A DNA stretch of 64,000 bases from Promethearchaeota archaeon. Its GTDB lineage: Archaea > Asgardarchaeota > Lokiarchaeia > Sigyniarchaeales > SOKP01. The notes under the pieces are model-generated. The model was not told the origin of the DNA. It saw only the letters and a program-made list of their open reading frames with translations, and ran no database searches. Below, piece after piece: positions 28,964-38,818 of this stretch. The DNA is taken from NCBI GenBank assembly GCA_016840165.1, contig JAEOSU010000067.1, positions 1 to 64,000 on the forward strand, in the 5' to 3' direction. The stretch's first letter is position 1. Each line of letters opens with the position of its first letter. A program made the translations under genes and the position numbers.

Positions 28964-29123
28964 GGCCCGGTACGGGAATTGTTCCAACGAGAAGAAAATT
29001 CTCATTATTTGAACCCGTCTCTAGGGATTCACATTAGGGTCTCTATTGGAAATAGAAATGTCCCCAATACTAACCACTCTACACATATCCAGTTATTCTG
29101 GGATGTTCTATACAAACCGGGCC
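28964..29123 (-). tRNA. tRNA-His(GUG) with three introns (15/16: 29107-29077; 32/33: 29059-29034; 58/59: 29008-28979)
   Basis: Spliced sequence G-GCCCGGT TT GTAT AGTGGTTA GTAT T GGGGA CTGTGAA TCCCT AGAG ACGGG TTCAATT CCCGT ACCGGGC C folds as a cloverleaf with the G-1:C73 His identity pair; each intron sits in a BHB motif. Confidence 0.88.
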
Positions 29124-29229
29124 ATTTGTGTCTCTGACTTAGAAAAATCAATTAGAATTAATTTAACTTAATAAAAAAATTTATTCATTTTCCTATATAA
29201 GTAATTTTCCTATAAATTGTTTAATAAGC

Positions 29230-30477
29230 TTAAACAAAATTATCAATCGAGACTTGATGATCATCTGAATTTATATATCTTAAATCTAAAATTGGTGAGA
29301 TCTTGACAATTTCGTGATTTATATGGTAAAATTTCTCCACTTTTTCATAAAATTTCTTGATAATCTCTTTTTGTACTCTGATCGGGTTATTTAATAAAAA
29401 TTTCCAATTAAATCCATCATATTCTTTAATTCTAATTAAAATAATTTTATATTTTTCAGCAATTTCTAATTCTAATTTATCTCTCGCAATTTGATTAGCA
29501 AACTCAGAGAATGATTTATGAAATAAAGATGTAAAATTATCGTGTTGGATTCCATCATACTCAAAGGCAACTTTAAATGAGTAGTATTTATTATCCTGAC
29601 CTTTTAATTTGATTTTTCCGTTATATCCATCAAATCTTAATTTTCCAGCAGAAATGATAAATTTAAAACTCTTATTGTTCAACTCTATTGTTTTTAAAAC
29701 TTTTCCCGAACATCCACATGCTTCTCTTATTGAAATTTCAGATTTAAAATTTAAATTAAATACATTATTCATATAGAATGTAGTGATCTCTTGACATTTT
29801 CTTTGTTGGCATATAGGGCACCATGTATCGTCATATATAAGATGTCCTACACGAGCAGTCCAGTTTTTATGGTTTTTATTACATTTTATTTTAATGTATC
29901 TTTTGGTAGGTCTCTCTTTCATTGAATTAAATATTTCTTCTTTAGTGATTATATAACCATTTTTATTTTTAATATATTTTTTTATGGCGTTATAGGAAAT
30001 TGGATTATTTCTATTCTTTTTAGATGTCCAAACGTCATATAATATATTTTTCCCTTCAAATCTACCATATTCTTGAATTAACCAATCTTTAATCCACTCG
30101 GTAATTGTCAATCTGTTTAGGTTCCACTTAAAAGCTAAATCCGATAGGGTTTTAATTTTAATATTGTTTTCAGGATAAAAATTTACTAGTTGATTAATAA
30201 TTTCTTCTTTCAATTTGTACTTTTTTAATCTCGCATCAAGATGAGTGGAAGGCCATAATTGAGAGCGAATTTCAAATGACTTTTTAACTCCAAATTCATT
30301 ATCGAGATATTTAATAATTTTTAACCTAAAACTTGGATATGGTATTTCAAAATATCTCGCATATTCTCTTAAAGACCTAATATTTTTACTTCTCTTGAAT
30401 TCATTTAAATCATTTAGTTGAAAATTTCTAAAGAGTTTGTTGAAATAAGTAACATAATCGTTTCTTTTTGTAGACAT
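29230..30477 (-). CDS. Putative endonuclease: HTH-like region, CxxxH..CPxC zinc motif and PD-(D/E)xK-like domain
   Basis: KCNKNH..WCPIC, LRFDGY...AFEYDGIQH..RD..K..IILIRI; start placed at ATG 30477. Confidence 0.65.
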   Translation of the reverse strand: MSTKRNDYVTYFNKLFRNFQLNDLNEFKRSKNIRSLREYARYFEIPYPSFRLKIIKYLDNEFGVKKSFEIRSQLWPSTHLDARLKKYKLKEEIINQLVNFYPENNIKIKTLSDLAFKWNLNRLTITEWIKDWLIQEYGRFEGKNILYDVWTSKKNRNNPISYNAIKKYIKNKNGYIITKEEIFNSMKERPTKRYIKIKCNKNHKNWTARVGHLIYDDTWCPICQQRKCQEITTFYMNNVFNLNFKSEISIREACGCSGKVLKTIELNNKSFKFIISAGKLRFDGYNGKIKLKGQDNKYYSFKVAFEYDGIQHDNFTSLFHKSFSEFANQIARDKLELEIAEKYKIILIRIKEYDGFNWKFLLNNPIRVQKEIIKKFYEKVEKFYHINHEIVKISPILDLRYINSDDHQVSIDNFV

Positions 30478-30586
30478 AGTACTAATTTTTAATTTGATCT
30501 GAATAAATGTCTTACTTTCTCTAATTATGAATAAACAAATAATCATTTGGACGGTGGTTATTTTTCAAAATTTAGAGGAATCCTAT

Positions 30587-31156
30587 TTAGAATTCCTTAA
30601 TATCTTTCAACATATATTCCAAAAGATGATTAATAGCATCATCCAACTTTCCAGAGTTATCTACTATGAAGTTTGCTTCTGGAAACTTCTGATTATTTTT
30701 AGCTCGTTCAATTCTTTCATTTAATAATTCTTCACTTTCTCTTTTTCGATCTTTTATTCTTTGGTAAGTTATTTCAAAGGGAACATCAATAAAAACAACC
30801 TTGACATTTTTATATTTTTCTTTAGCTTCATTTACAATAGTACGGCTTACATTAATAATAACTGGATGCCCATTCTTAAGCCAATCTTCAATTTCAATAT
30901 GTATTCCGTAATCTAAACCATATATATGCCATTTCAATGCGTATTCTCCATCTTTCTCCATTTTTTTGAATTCTAATGGTGAAATTGAGATATTTTTTTC
31001 AGTTTCAGAAGGAGGTCTAGTGATATATCTTTTAGGAGCATAGATTTTTTTTAAATTTGAAGGATAAATATTAACTACACCAGAGATAATAGAGTCTTTA
31101 CCAGCACCAGAATTTCCAACCACCAAAAATAATACGCCAGAAAAATATTTTGTCAT
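30587..31156 (-). CDS. phnN: Ribose 1,5-bisphosphate phosphokinase
   Basis: VVGNSGAGKDS, RYITRP, WHIYGLDYGI, NVSR, DNSG. Confidence 0.85.
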   Translation of the reverse strand: MTKYFSGVLFLVVGNSGAGKDSIISGVVNIYPSNLKKIYAPKRYITRPPSETEKNISISPLEFKKMEKDGEYALKWHIYGLDYGIHIEIEDWLKNGHPVIINVSRTIVNEAKEKYKNVKVVFIDVPFEITYQRIKDRKRESEELLNERIERAKNNQKFPEANFIVDNSGKLDDAINHLLEYMLKDIKEF

Positions 31157-31378
31157 TTACTTCTTGATCTAATACTTTATTAATCTATATTCTTATAAGG
31201 TTCATTTAAAATATAAAGTCTTTAATAATTTGAACAGTCTTTATTTTTCTTACAGGTTAAAAAAAGATATACAAAGAATCACCCTAATCAAAACAAAAAA
31301 AATTAAAGTATGATTGATGTTATCACTCTTGTAAGCAAGATTAAATTTTCATTAAATATTTAAAATTTTCATTTAGTT

Positions 31379-31801
31379 ATGACAAAAAAAAAGATTAAAG
31401 ATACTACAAAAATTTCAGACATCCCTGAAAGTTATCAAAGGTATTTAGATGAAATTCATGTTATTTCACGTAAAAAAAAAGGGGGCTGGGTAAGTAATAA
31501 AGAAATAGCTGAAAGACTTCAGATTGAACCGCCATCTGTTACTGGGATGTTGGAGAAATTAAAAAATAAAGGATTAATTAAATGGGAACCAAGAAAGGCT
31601 ATAAGACTAACTGATAAAGGAAAAGAAATTGCAATGCAATTAAGTGAAATACACTCATTGTTATACCAATTCTTTGCAAAAGTTTTGAAAATACAAGATA
31701 AAAAAGTGATAAATGATTTATCTTGTGAAATTGAGCATCATATTACCCCAGATGTTAAAGACTCTTTAGAAGAATTCCTCTCAAAATATTTGAATGGTTA
31801 G
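31379..31801 (+). CDS. DtxR/MntR family metal-dependent transcriptional regulator
   Basis: YLDEI, IAERLQIEPPSVTGML, LTDKG, CEIEH. Confidence 0.9.
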   Translation: MTKKKIKDTTKISDIPESYQRYLDEIHVISRKKKGGWVSNKEIAERLQIEPPSVTGMLEKLKNKGLIKWEPRKAIRLTDKGKEIAMQLSEIHSLLYQFFAKVLKIQDKKVINDLSCEIEHHITPDVKDSLEEFLSKYLNG

Positions 31802-31824
31802 ATTTAATTAATATTCTTAATTCA

Positions 31825-32625
31825 TTGATTCAACTATTTAAAAAAATACTCTTGGAACATGTAAAAATGTCAGAAGAATTAAAGCAAAAAATAGATAAAG
31901 TTCATGAAAATTTCAGTAACTTTACTAATTTCATTGAACTGCAAAATTTTCGGTCATTTCTGTTATTTACCTTGACTAGTCAGGTACCTACAAACATTTT
32001 AGCTCAGTTTGGATTAGGTGGAAACAAAGAGATAATTAATTTACCATACAATCCTGTTTTTAAGATTTATTACCAAAAAATAAATTTGATGTCTGCTGGT
32101 TCGCTAATTGTCTACATAAAGAACGAACCTATATCTGGTGAATTTTTATTAGAAAAAGATGATTCAGTTATAAAACAATTTCTAAATCCTAATGAAATGA
32201 GTCTCGCATTTCGAGGAAAGGAAAAATTCATTCTACCGATGATTAGTGATTGCAGTATATTTGATGTTGATAACAATTCAAAATTAACAGTAAATGTCGA
32301 TGATATCTTTCATTCATTAGAAAGTTTCCTAGCTGTTGGTGAACCAAATTTACTTTTTGTTATTGACGCTAAAAATGCATCTGAGCCGGATATATTATAT
32401 ACTTTCAATATAATGCCACAAATGCCAACTAAATTAGATAAAAAAGTATTAAAAATCGATGTATTTTTGGACAATGAACATAAAACTCAGGATATCACTT
32501 ATTTAAAGCGTGAAGAAGATTATAGTATAACATATTTAAAAGATATAAAAGAAGTAAGTCATGCTGATTTATATAAATCTGCATTTTCACTATTATTACA
32601 TATTAAATCTTTCACTCAACCGTAA
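31825..32625 (+). CDS. Hypothetical protein (start possibly ATG 31867)
   Basis: 266-aa ORF, no motif recognised. Confidence 0.65.
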   Translation: MIQLFKKILLEHVKMSEELKQKIDKVHENFSNFTNFIELQNFRSFLLFTLTSQVPTNILAQFGLGGNKEIINLPYNPVFKIYYQKINLMSAGSLIVYIKNEPISGEFLLEKDDSVIKQFLNPNEMSLAFRGKEKFILPMISDCSIFDVDNNSKLTVNVDDIFHSLESFLAVGEPNLLFVIDAKNASEPDILYTFNIMPQMPTKLDKKVLKIDVFLDNEHKTQDITYLKREEDYSITYLKDIKEVSHADLYKSAFSLLLHIKSFTQP

Positions 32626-32877
32626 TTCTGTTCTAATGTGTTCTTTTTAATCTTTTACTTTCTTTTAAAAATATTATTTAAAAAGTAAGTATATTATTAC
32701 TTTAATAATACTTTATGCTTATTAGAAATCTGAAAGTATTGTATTCGTTAGCCATTAAGCGATTAATACAATTAAAGGATTAATATATTCAATTTATAAA
32801 CAACCCGACAAAATATATAACGTATAATATTCTTTATTAAGGCTTATTTCAATTTTTAGAATAAAGGGTTGTGTAAA

Positions 32878-33081
32878 ATGAGGATAATAACAATTAATTT
32901 ACCAGAAAAATATTTACAAGCTATTCAAATTCTAAACGATATGGGAGTTTATCCATCTAGAAGTGAAGCTATAAGAATTGCGTTAAATGATTTTTTAGCA
33001 AAAGAATTGAAAATGTATAAAGATCTTGATGATGAAAACTTTAAAATGCTGATAAGAAGCAAATCAAATAAACGTAATTAA
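32878..33081 (+). CDS. Ribbon-helix-helix (CopG/Arc/MetJ) regulator
   Basis: MRIITINLP..YPSRSEAIRIAL. Confidence 0.88.
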   Translation: MRIITINLPEKYLQAIQILNDMGVYPSRSEAIRIALNDFLAKELKMYKDLDDENFKMLIRSKSNKRN

Positions 33082-33235
33082 TTCTACTTTTTTTATTCTT
33101 TTTTTTATTAAATTAGTCTTATTTAAATTAATTTAATTAAAGAAATTAAAGCTTAACTAAGAGGATAATTAAAATATTAAATATATAGAAAACATAATAG
33201 GAATAATTAAAAATTAGATAAAAAGAAGATAATTT

Positions 33236-34498
33236 ATGGCAAAAAATACTCAAATTTTAGCTATTTTAACGCTTTTCTCATCAACTCTTTTTAGTATCAT
33301 CACACCAATGGCTTTTGAAATTTCATCAGCATTAAGTTTCGATGAAAATCAAGTCATTTTTATTAATTCAATGTTTTTGATGGTCGGCGCCATAAGTTCT
33401 CTTTTTTGGGCATTTTTAGGAGATAAAATTTCTAGGAAAATCTTACTAATCATTAGTACATTAGAATGGTCAATTCTTACTTTATTGACTATATTTTCAA
33501 CTAATTTTTTCAGTTTATTGATGTTTCAACTAATTACAGCAATAGGATTTGGGGCGACATTACCTTTAATTTTCTCATTAACAGTCGATCTAGTAGGTTC
33601 AGAAAACCGGGGTAAAAAATTTGGAGATTTAAGTGCAATCTATGTTTTAGGAAACGGTTTAGGTCAAATGCTTTCGGGATTCTTAATTGATTATTATACA
33701 TGGCAGATACCTCTTATAATTGTGTCTATATGTGGACTTTTTTGTACAGGATTCTTATTTTTGGTTGAGGAACCCGCAAGAGGTGCAAAAGACGATCTTT
33801 ATAAAGCAATTGATGAGAGTGCTCTTGGATTAGGTTATAAGATAAAATTCAAAGATCTCAAGCAAATCTGGAAAGTAAAATCAACAATTTGGATATTATT
33901 ATTAAATTTTGCGATGTTCATATCTATAGGTGCGATATCATCATTTTTTATTTCAATGCTTAAAAATGATTATGGAGTTAGCTCTACTCTCGCAACTATG
34001 TTTTTAATTATAATTTTTGGTTCACAAGTTCCAGCAGGACCCATATTTGGAAAATTGGGGGACAAAAAGTATAAAACTGATAAAAAAGGTAGGATGAAAA
34101 TTGTATTTATATGTCTTTTAAGCGGTTCAATCCTTTATATTATAGCGTTTTCATTGTTATTCATATCAAATGAATTTTCGATTGTAATTCTCTTTATTAT
34201 TCTCGCATTGGGAGGCGCCTTTCTGTTTGGGGGTATTGACCCGTTAACACAGGCTACACTCGGTATTAATCCTCCTCAGATCAGATCAACAATATATTCC
34301 CTTAATTATTTAACTTATACATTCGGCAGGAGTATCAGTTTATTACTACTTGGGCAATTCTTTATAGCCTTTAACAACCTTTATAGTCCAGGTTATTTCA
34401 TTTTATCAATCATGGCCTTAACGTGTACATTATTGCTTATACCAATTGTTAGATTATTACCTAAAGACATAGACAATATCAAGTCTGAAAAAGTCTAA
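33236..34498 (+). CDS. MFS transporter
   Basis: ~12 hydrophobic segments; LGDKISRK motif A, ENRGK. Confidence 0.9.
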   Translation: MAKNTQILAILTLFSSTLFSIITPMAFEISSALSFDENQVIFINSMFLMVGAISSLFWAFLGDKISRKILLIISTLEWSILTLLTIFSTNFFSLLMFQLITAIGFGATLPLIFSLTVDLVGSENRGKKFGDLSAIYVLGNGLGQMLSGFLIDYYTWQIPLIIVSICGLFCTGFLFLVEEPARGAKDDLYKAIDESALGLGYKIKFKDLKQIWKVKSTIWILLLNFAMFISIGAISSFFISMLKNDYGVSSTLATMFLIIIFGSQVPAGPIFGKLGDKKYKTDKKGRMKIVFICLLSGSILYIIAFSLLFISNEFSIVILFIILALGGAFLFGGIDPLTQATLGINPPQIRSTIYSLNYLTYTFGRSISLLLLGQFFIAFNNLYSPGYFILSIMALTCTLLLIPIVRLLPKDIDNIKSEKV

Positions 34499-34532
34499 TA
34501 TTAAACACAAATCTGTCATAGGAACTATTATT

Positions 34533-35234
34533 ATGTATATAAATAGAGAAATTTGCACAGGGTGTGGACAGTGTGTTATTGTATGCCCTGTTCAAGCAAT
34601 TAGATTAGTTGATAATAAAGCTGTTATAGATGAAGACAAATGTGTTGAGTGTGCCATTTGTTATCGAAATGCAGAATGCCCAGTTAAAGCAATTAGACCT
34701 ACAAGATTAAAATGGCCAAGGATAATTAGAAGTCCATTTAGCAATGTAATAGCAACCCATAAGATCACAGGCATTCCCGGGAGAGGAACAGAGGAAATGA
34801 AAACGAACGATGTTACTAATCGATTTAGTATTGGGGAAATTGGAGTTTCCATTGAAGTAGGACGACCTGGAGTAGGAACTTATCTTGAAAATATTGAATT
34901 ATTCACAACAAGATTATCTAAAATTGGTATAGCTTATGAAGAAAAAAGCCCAGTAACAGCATTAATAATTGATAATGAAGGGCATATTAATGAAGAAGTA
35001 AAGAATCAACGCGTGCTTTCAGCAATTATTGAGTTCAAAATACCAGATAAAAAACTATCTCAAGTATTGGAAGTTATTAGAGAAGTAGAGAAAGAAATTG
35101 ATACTGTTTTTTCTGTTGGTATTATATCAAGAATAAAAGAAAATAATACAAAAGATATTATAAATAGAATATCTCAACATGGTTTTGAAGTAAGACCAAA
35201 TGCTAAAGTCAATGTTGGATTAGGTAAGCCATGA
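34533..35234 (+). CDS. 4Fe-4S dicluster protein with conserved GRGTEEMKTNDVT domain
   Basis: CTGCGQCVIVCP, CVECAIC..CP, GRPGVG, KVNVGLG. Confidence 0.85.
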   Translation: MYINREICTGCGQCVIVCPVQAIRLVDNKAVIDEDKCVECAICYRNAECPVKAIRPTRLKWPRIIRSPFSNVIATHKITGIPGRGTEEMKTNDVTNRFSIGEIGVSIEVGRPGVGTYLENIELFTTRLSKIGIAYEEKSPVTALIIDNEGHINEEVKNQRVLSAIIEFKIPDKKLSQVLEVIREVEKEIDTVFSVGIISRIKENNTKDIINRISQHGFEVRPNAKVNVGLGKP

Positions 35235-35255
35235 GATTATGGAGAAGATAAAATT

Positions 35256-35840
35256 ATAACTCATTCATTACACAGGAAAGGGATTGAAAATGATTTAAAA
35301 AAGGATTATGTTATTCTAGCAATGTTAGCGGCTGGCATCAATGATAAATATGATGATTCACGACAAAAATTAATAAGAGTAGGGGAAATTTTGAAACAAC
35401 ATAATCCTGTTAATATAATGCCTGAAATAGGATGGAGAACTTCCCCTACTGTTACAGCTACATTCAATGACCTTGAAACAGTAAAAAATATAATTCAACA
35501 ACTTAAAAAAGAAGATCTTGGTCTCTCGATTGTCATAAGTGGATTGATTCCTGAAATAAAACGCACTATTAGAGAAGTTGATTTAGATATTCATACAGTA
35601 CATTTATCCTTAGGTACATTCGGGAAAAAGGAGTTATTACCATCTGAAAAGGTTTTAGAAATTACTACAATGTGTGGACATCACACAGTTTCTCCAAAAT
35701 CAATAACATATTATGTCAAATTGATTAAGCAAGGCAAAATAACGATTGAGATAGCAGCAAAAAAGTTAGCTAGACCTTGTGTATGTGGTATTTTTAATAC
35801 TTCTCGAGCAATAGAAATCCTTACTACATTAACTAAATAA
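35256..35840 (+). CDS. Conserved hypothetical protein (THSLHR...TMCGH...CxCGIFN), probable ATA start
   Basis: Frame open upstream of ATG 35322 to ATA ACT CAT TCA TTA CAC AGG, with GGAG upstream. Confidence 0.75.
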   Translation: MTHSLHRKGIENDLKKDYVILAMLAAGINDKYDDSRQKLIRVGEILKQHNPVNIMPEIGWRTSPTVTATFNDLETVKNIIQQLKKEDLGLSIVISGLIPEIKRTIREVDLDIHTVHLSLGTFGKKELLPSEKVLEITTMCGHHTVSPKSITYYVKLIKQGKITIEIAAKKLARPCVCGIFNTSRAIEILTTLTK

Positions 35841-35954
35841 TATTTTCAAATTTTGCAATACTTGCAATACAGCTCAAGATATAAATACCTAACTATTATA
35901 TTTTCAATTAAAACTGAGCGATTTAGAATTTATAGTTTTTAAATAAAGTTCAAT

Positions 35955-36608
35955 TTGGAGGAAAAATTAATGAAAATTGGGATAATTGGCACAGGAAGAT
36001 TAGGGAGTGCTCTAGGAAAAATTTGGGCAGAAAAGGGTCATATGATTATGTTTGGCTCTCGAGATCCTCAGAAAGCAAAAAAGTTAGCTAATTCAATCGG
36101 ATCTAATGCAAGTGGAGGAACATATGAAGAAGCTGCAAAATTTGGGGATGTTATCATTCTTGCAGTTCCATGGTCAGGAGCAAAAGAATCAATCAAAACA
36201 GCAGGAAATTTAGATAGTAAGATTATAGTAGATTCTACTACTACTGCTGCACCCCATTTGGGAGGCCCTTTAATAGGACGTACTCCATCTGCAGCAGAAA
36301 AAGTCGCAAAATGGGCAGTAGGGGCTAAAGTAATAAAAGCAGTTCATACTATTGGAGTAGAAAGTTTAAATAACTTACAATTTGGTTCCCAAAAAGCAAA
36401 TTTATTTATTTGTGGAGATAATTTAGAAGCAAAATCAATTGTTCGTACTTTGGGAGAGGATATCGGTTTTGAAGTAATAGATGCTGGGCCACTCACAAAT
36501 GCGAGGCTTACTGAACCCCTCGCGATGCTTTGGATTGAATTAGCTTACAAACAAGGCATGGGTACAGACATAGCGTTCAAATTATTACGCCGTAGGAAAG
36601 CTAAATGA
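35955..36608 (+). CDS. NADPH-dependent F420 reductase-like oxidoreductase
   Basis: MKIGIIGTGRLG, GSRDP, LAVPW, CGD, DAGPL..AR..E; start probably ATG 35970. Confidence 0.85.
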   Translation: MEEKLMKIGIIGTGRLGSALGKIWAEKGHMIMFGSRDPQKAKKLANSIGSNASGGTYEEAAKFGDVIILAVPWSGAKESIKTAGNLDSKIIVDSTTTAAPHLGGPLIGRTPSAAEKVAKWAVGAKVIKAVHTIGVESLNNLQFGSQKANLFICGDNLEAKSIVRTLGEDIGFEVIDAGPLTNARLTEPLAMLWIELAYKQGMGTDIAFKLLRRRKAK

Positions 36609-36722
36609 AAGAATTAACAAATTAAGTTTTAATACTTTTTATTTTTTACATTAGATTTTTTAAGAGATAAAGACGCAATACTTTAAGTATACTTTAATAA
36701 GAATGCTTGTAAGTACAAAATT

Positions 36723-37664
36723 ATGCAAATTTCAAAATTCAATAGTAATTCTCCATTTGTTCATACTTATTCTATTGTAGCAAGAGATCCCATTACAGGA
36801 GAAATGGGTGTGGGAGTTCAAAGTCATTATTTTTCTGTTGGTTCGGTCGTATCGTGGGGGGAATCTGGCGTTGGAGTAGTTGCTACCCAATCTTTTGTAA
36901 ATAAATCTTTTGGATTACGAGGACTTGAGTTATTGAAACAAGGAAAAACTCCTCAAGAAGCAGTAGATATTTTGCTTTCAGATGATGATGGAAGAGATGT
37001 AAGACAAGTTTCAATTTTAGATGTTAAAGGAAAAGTAGCAACTTGTACTGGTTCAAAATGCATAAAATATGCTGGCCATTTTAAAGGAGATAATTTTTCA
37101 GTTCAAGCAAATCTCATGCTCTCGGATAAAGTTTGGCCAAAAATGGCAGAAGCCTATGAAAAGCATAAAACACTTCCATTACCTGATCGAATAATTAGAT
37201 CTATGGAAGCAGCAGAGATTGTAGGAGGGGATATAAGAGGAAAACAGTCTGCAGCATTATTAATTGTAAAGGGTGATCCAGTAGAAAACAAATGGGAGGA
37301 TCCACTGATTGATATTAGAGTGGAGGATCATAATGAGCCTTTAAAAGAATTAGATAGATTACTGAAACTTTGGAGAGCATATAATCACTTGGATAAAGGT
37401 GACCAAGAATTCGAGAAAGGAAATATAAATGAGGCTTTTGAAGAATATAATACTGCTAGAAAAATGTTTCCCGATGATCTTGAGATGAAATATTGGACAG
37501 CAGTTACATTAGCTAATCATCAAAAACTTGATGAAGCTTTACCATTATTCAAAGAAATCTTCAAAAAGGATAATAATTGGCGAATACTTACAGAAAGATT
37601 ACCTGAAACAGATCTTTTAAATGTAAAAAAGGAAGAAATAGACAAAATCCTATCTCTTAAATAA
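36723..37664 (+). CDS. DUF1028 (Ntn-hydrolase-like) protein with C-terminal TPR
   Basis: HTYSIVARD, GVVATQS, GGDIRGKQSAAL, DIRVEDH. Confidence 0.88.
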   Translation: MQISKFNSNSPFVHTYSIVARDPITGEMGVGVQSHYFSVGSVVSWGESGVGVVATQSFVNKSFGLRGLELLKQGKTPQEAVDILLSDDDGRDVRQVSILDVKGKVATCTGSKCIKYAGHFKGDNFSVQANLMLSDKVWPKMAEAYEKHKTLPLPDRIIRSMEAAEIVGGDIRGKQSAALLIVKGDPVENKWEDPLIDIRVEDHNEPLKELDRLLKLWRAYNHLDKGDQEFEKGNINEAFEEYNTARKMFPDDLEMKYWTAVTLANHQKLDEALPLFKEIFKKDNNWRILTERLPETDLLNVKKEEIDKILSLK

Positions 37665-37745
37665 GTATTAAAAACATCAGAAAGACTTAAGTAACTTTTT
37701 ATATTATCTTATTGAAGTAGAATATAATCTAATTATTGATTTTTA

Positions 37746-38807
37746 TTGTATATAATAATGAAAGTTGCGAGATATTTTAGTAATGATGATATAAGAGAAG
37801 CTGAGATGCAAAAACCAATAATAGGTCCAGGAGAGATTTTAGTTAAAGTTAAAAAATCAGGTATTTGTGGATCTGATATACTGGAATATTATAGAAAGGC
37901 AAAAATGAAAAAGTTGGGTGTAAGCTCACTCATCTTAGGTCATGAAATTGCTGGAGAAATAGTTGAGAAAGGTGATAATGTAAAGCACCTTAAAGTTGGA
38001 GATCGCGTATTCGTCTCTCACCACGTTCCATGCTTTGAATGTCATTACTGTGAACAAGGTCATCATACGGCATGTGATCTGCTCCATAATACAAATTATG
38101 ACCCGGGTGGTTTTGCTGAGTTTATTCGAGTCCCGAAAATTAATATTGAAAAAAAAGGGGTTTTGGTGTTAGATAAAAATGTATCTTATGAAGAAGGAGT
38201 TTTAATTGAACCACTTGGTTGTGTGTGCCGTGCTCAAAGATTAGTTAATGTAAAAAAAGGTTTAACTGTTCTGGTACTAGGTAGTGGTGTATCTGGTATA
38301 TTGCATATTCAATTAGCTAAACTAAGAGGAGCCAAGAAGGTAATAGCAACTGATATTAATGAATTTCGATTGCAGATGGCAAAAAAATTTGGAGCAGATT
38401 ATGTTTTTCATGCACAAGAAGATATCGCTACTGAATTAAAAAAGGTTAATGAAGATAGATTAGCAGATATAATAATAGTTTGTGCGGGTGCTTTATCTGC
38501 TGCAGAACAAGCATTAAATTGCGTAGCACCAGGAAGTAAAATTGTGTTTTTTGCAGTTCCAGAACCAGGGATAAATCTTGAAGTTCCTATAAATGATTAT
38601 TGGAGAAATGAAATTACTATTATGACATCCTATGGTGCAGCGCCAGAAGACCTTGATGAGGCATATAATTGGATACTTTCAAAAAGAATCAATGTAGAAG
38701 AATTGATAACTCACCGGTTTCCCTTAAGTAAGGCTGGAGATGCTTTTAAAGTGGTTTGCGAGGCTGCTGAGTCTTTGAAGGTGATTATAGAACCAGAAAA
38801 AGGCTAA
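37746..38807 (+). CDS. Zinc-dependent (MDR) alcohol/polyol dehydrogenase
   Basis: GICGSD, GHE, CxxCxxC..C, EPLGC; start probably ATG 37758. Confidence 0.9.
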   Translation: MYIIMKVARYFSNDDIREAEMQKPIIGPGEILVKVKKSGICGSDILEYYRKAKMKKLGVSSLILGHEIAGEIVEKGDNVKHLKVGDRVFVSHHVPCFECHYCEQGHHTACDLLHNTNYDPGGFAEFIRVPKINIEKKGVLVLDKNVSYEEGVLIEPLGCVCRAQRLVNVKKGLTVLVLGSGVSGILHIQLAKLRGAKKVIATDINEFRLQMAKKFGADYVFHAQEDIATELKKVNEDRLADIIIVCAGALSAAEQALNCVAPGSKIVFFAVPEPGINLEVPINDYWRNEITIMTSYGAAPEDLDEAYNWILSKRINVEELITHRFPLSKAGDAFKVVCEAAESLKVIIEPEKG

Positions 38808-38818
38808 ATTGTATAATA

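Noticed and set aside
28930-28990. tRNA 3'-end duplication (att site) for an integrated element
   Set aside because: No second copy of CCCGTACCGGGCC noticed in the window and no integrase present
32687-32712. TATTATTA-CTT-TAATAATA palindrome upstream of the RHH gene
   Set aside because: A possible operator, but such AT-only palindromes are expected by chance at this base composition
35232-35258. In-frame TGA between the ferredoxin gene and the next ORF as selenocysteine or readthrough
   Set aside because: The TGA follows a natural-looking C-terminus (GLGKP), is not at a Cys-motif position, and the next gene has its own GGAG plus ATA start; no SECIS identified
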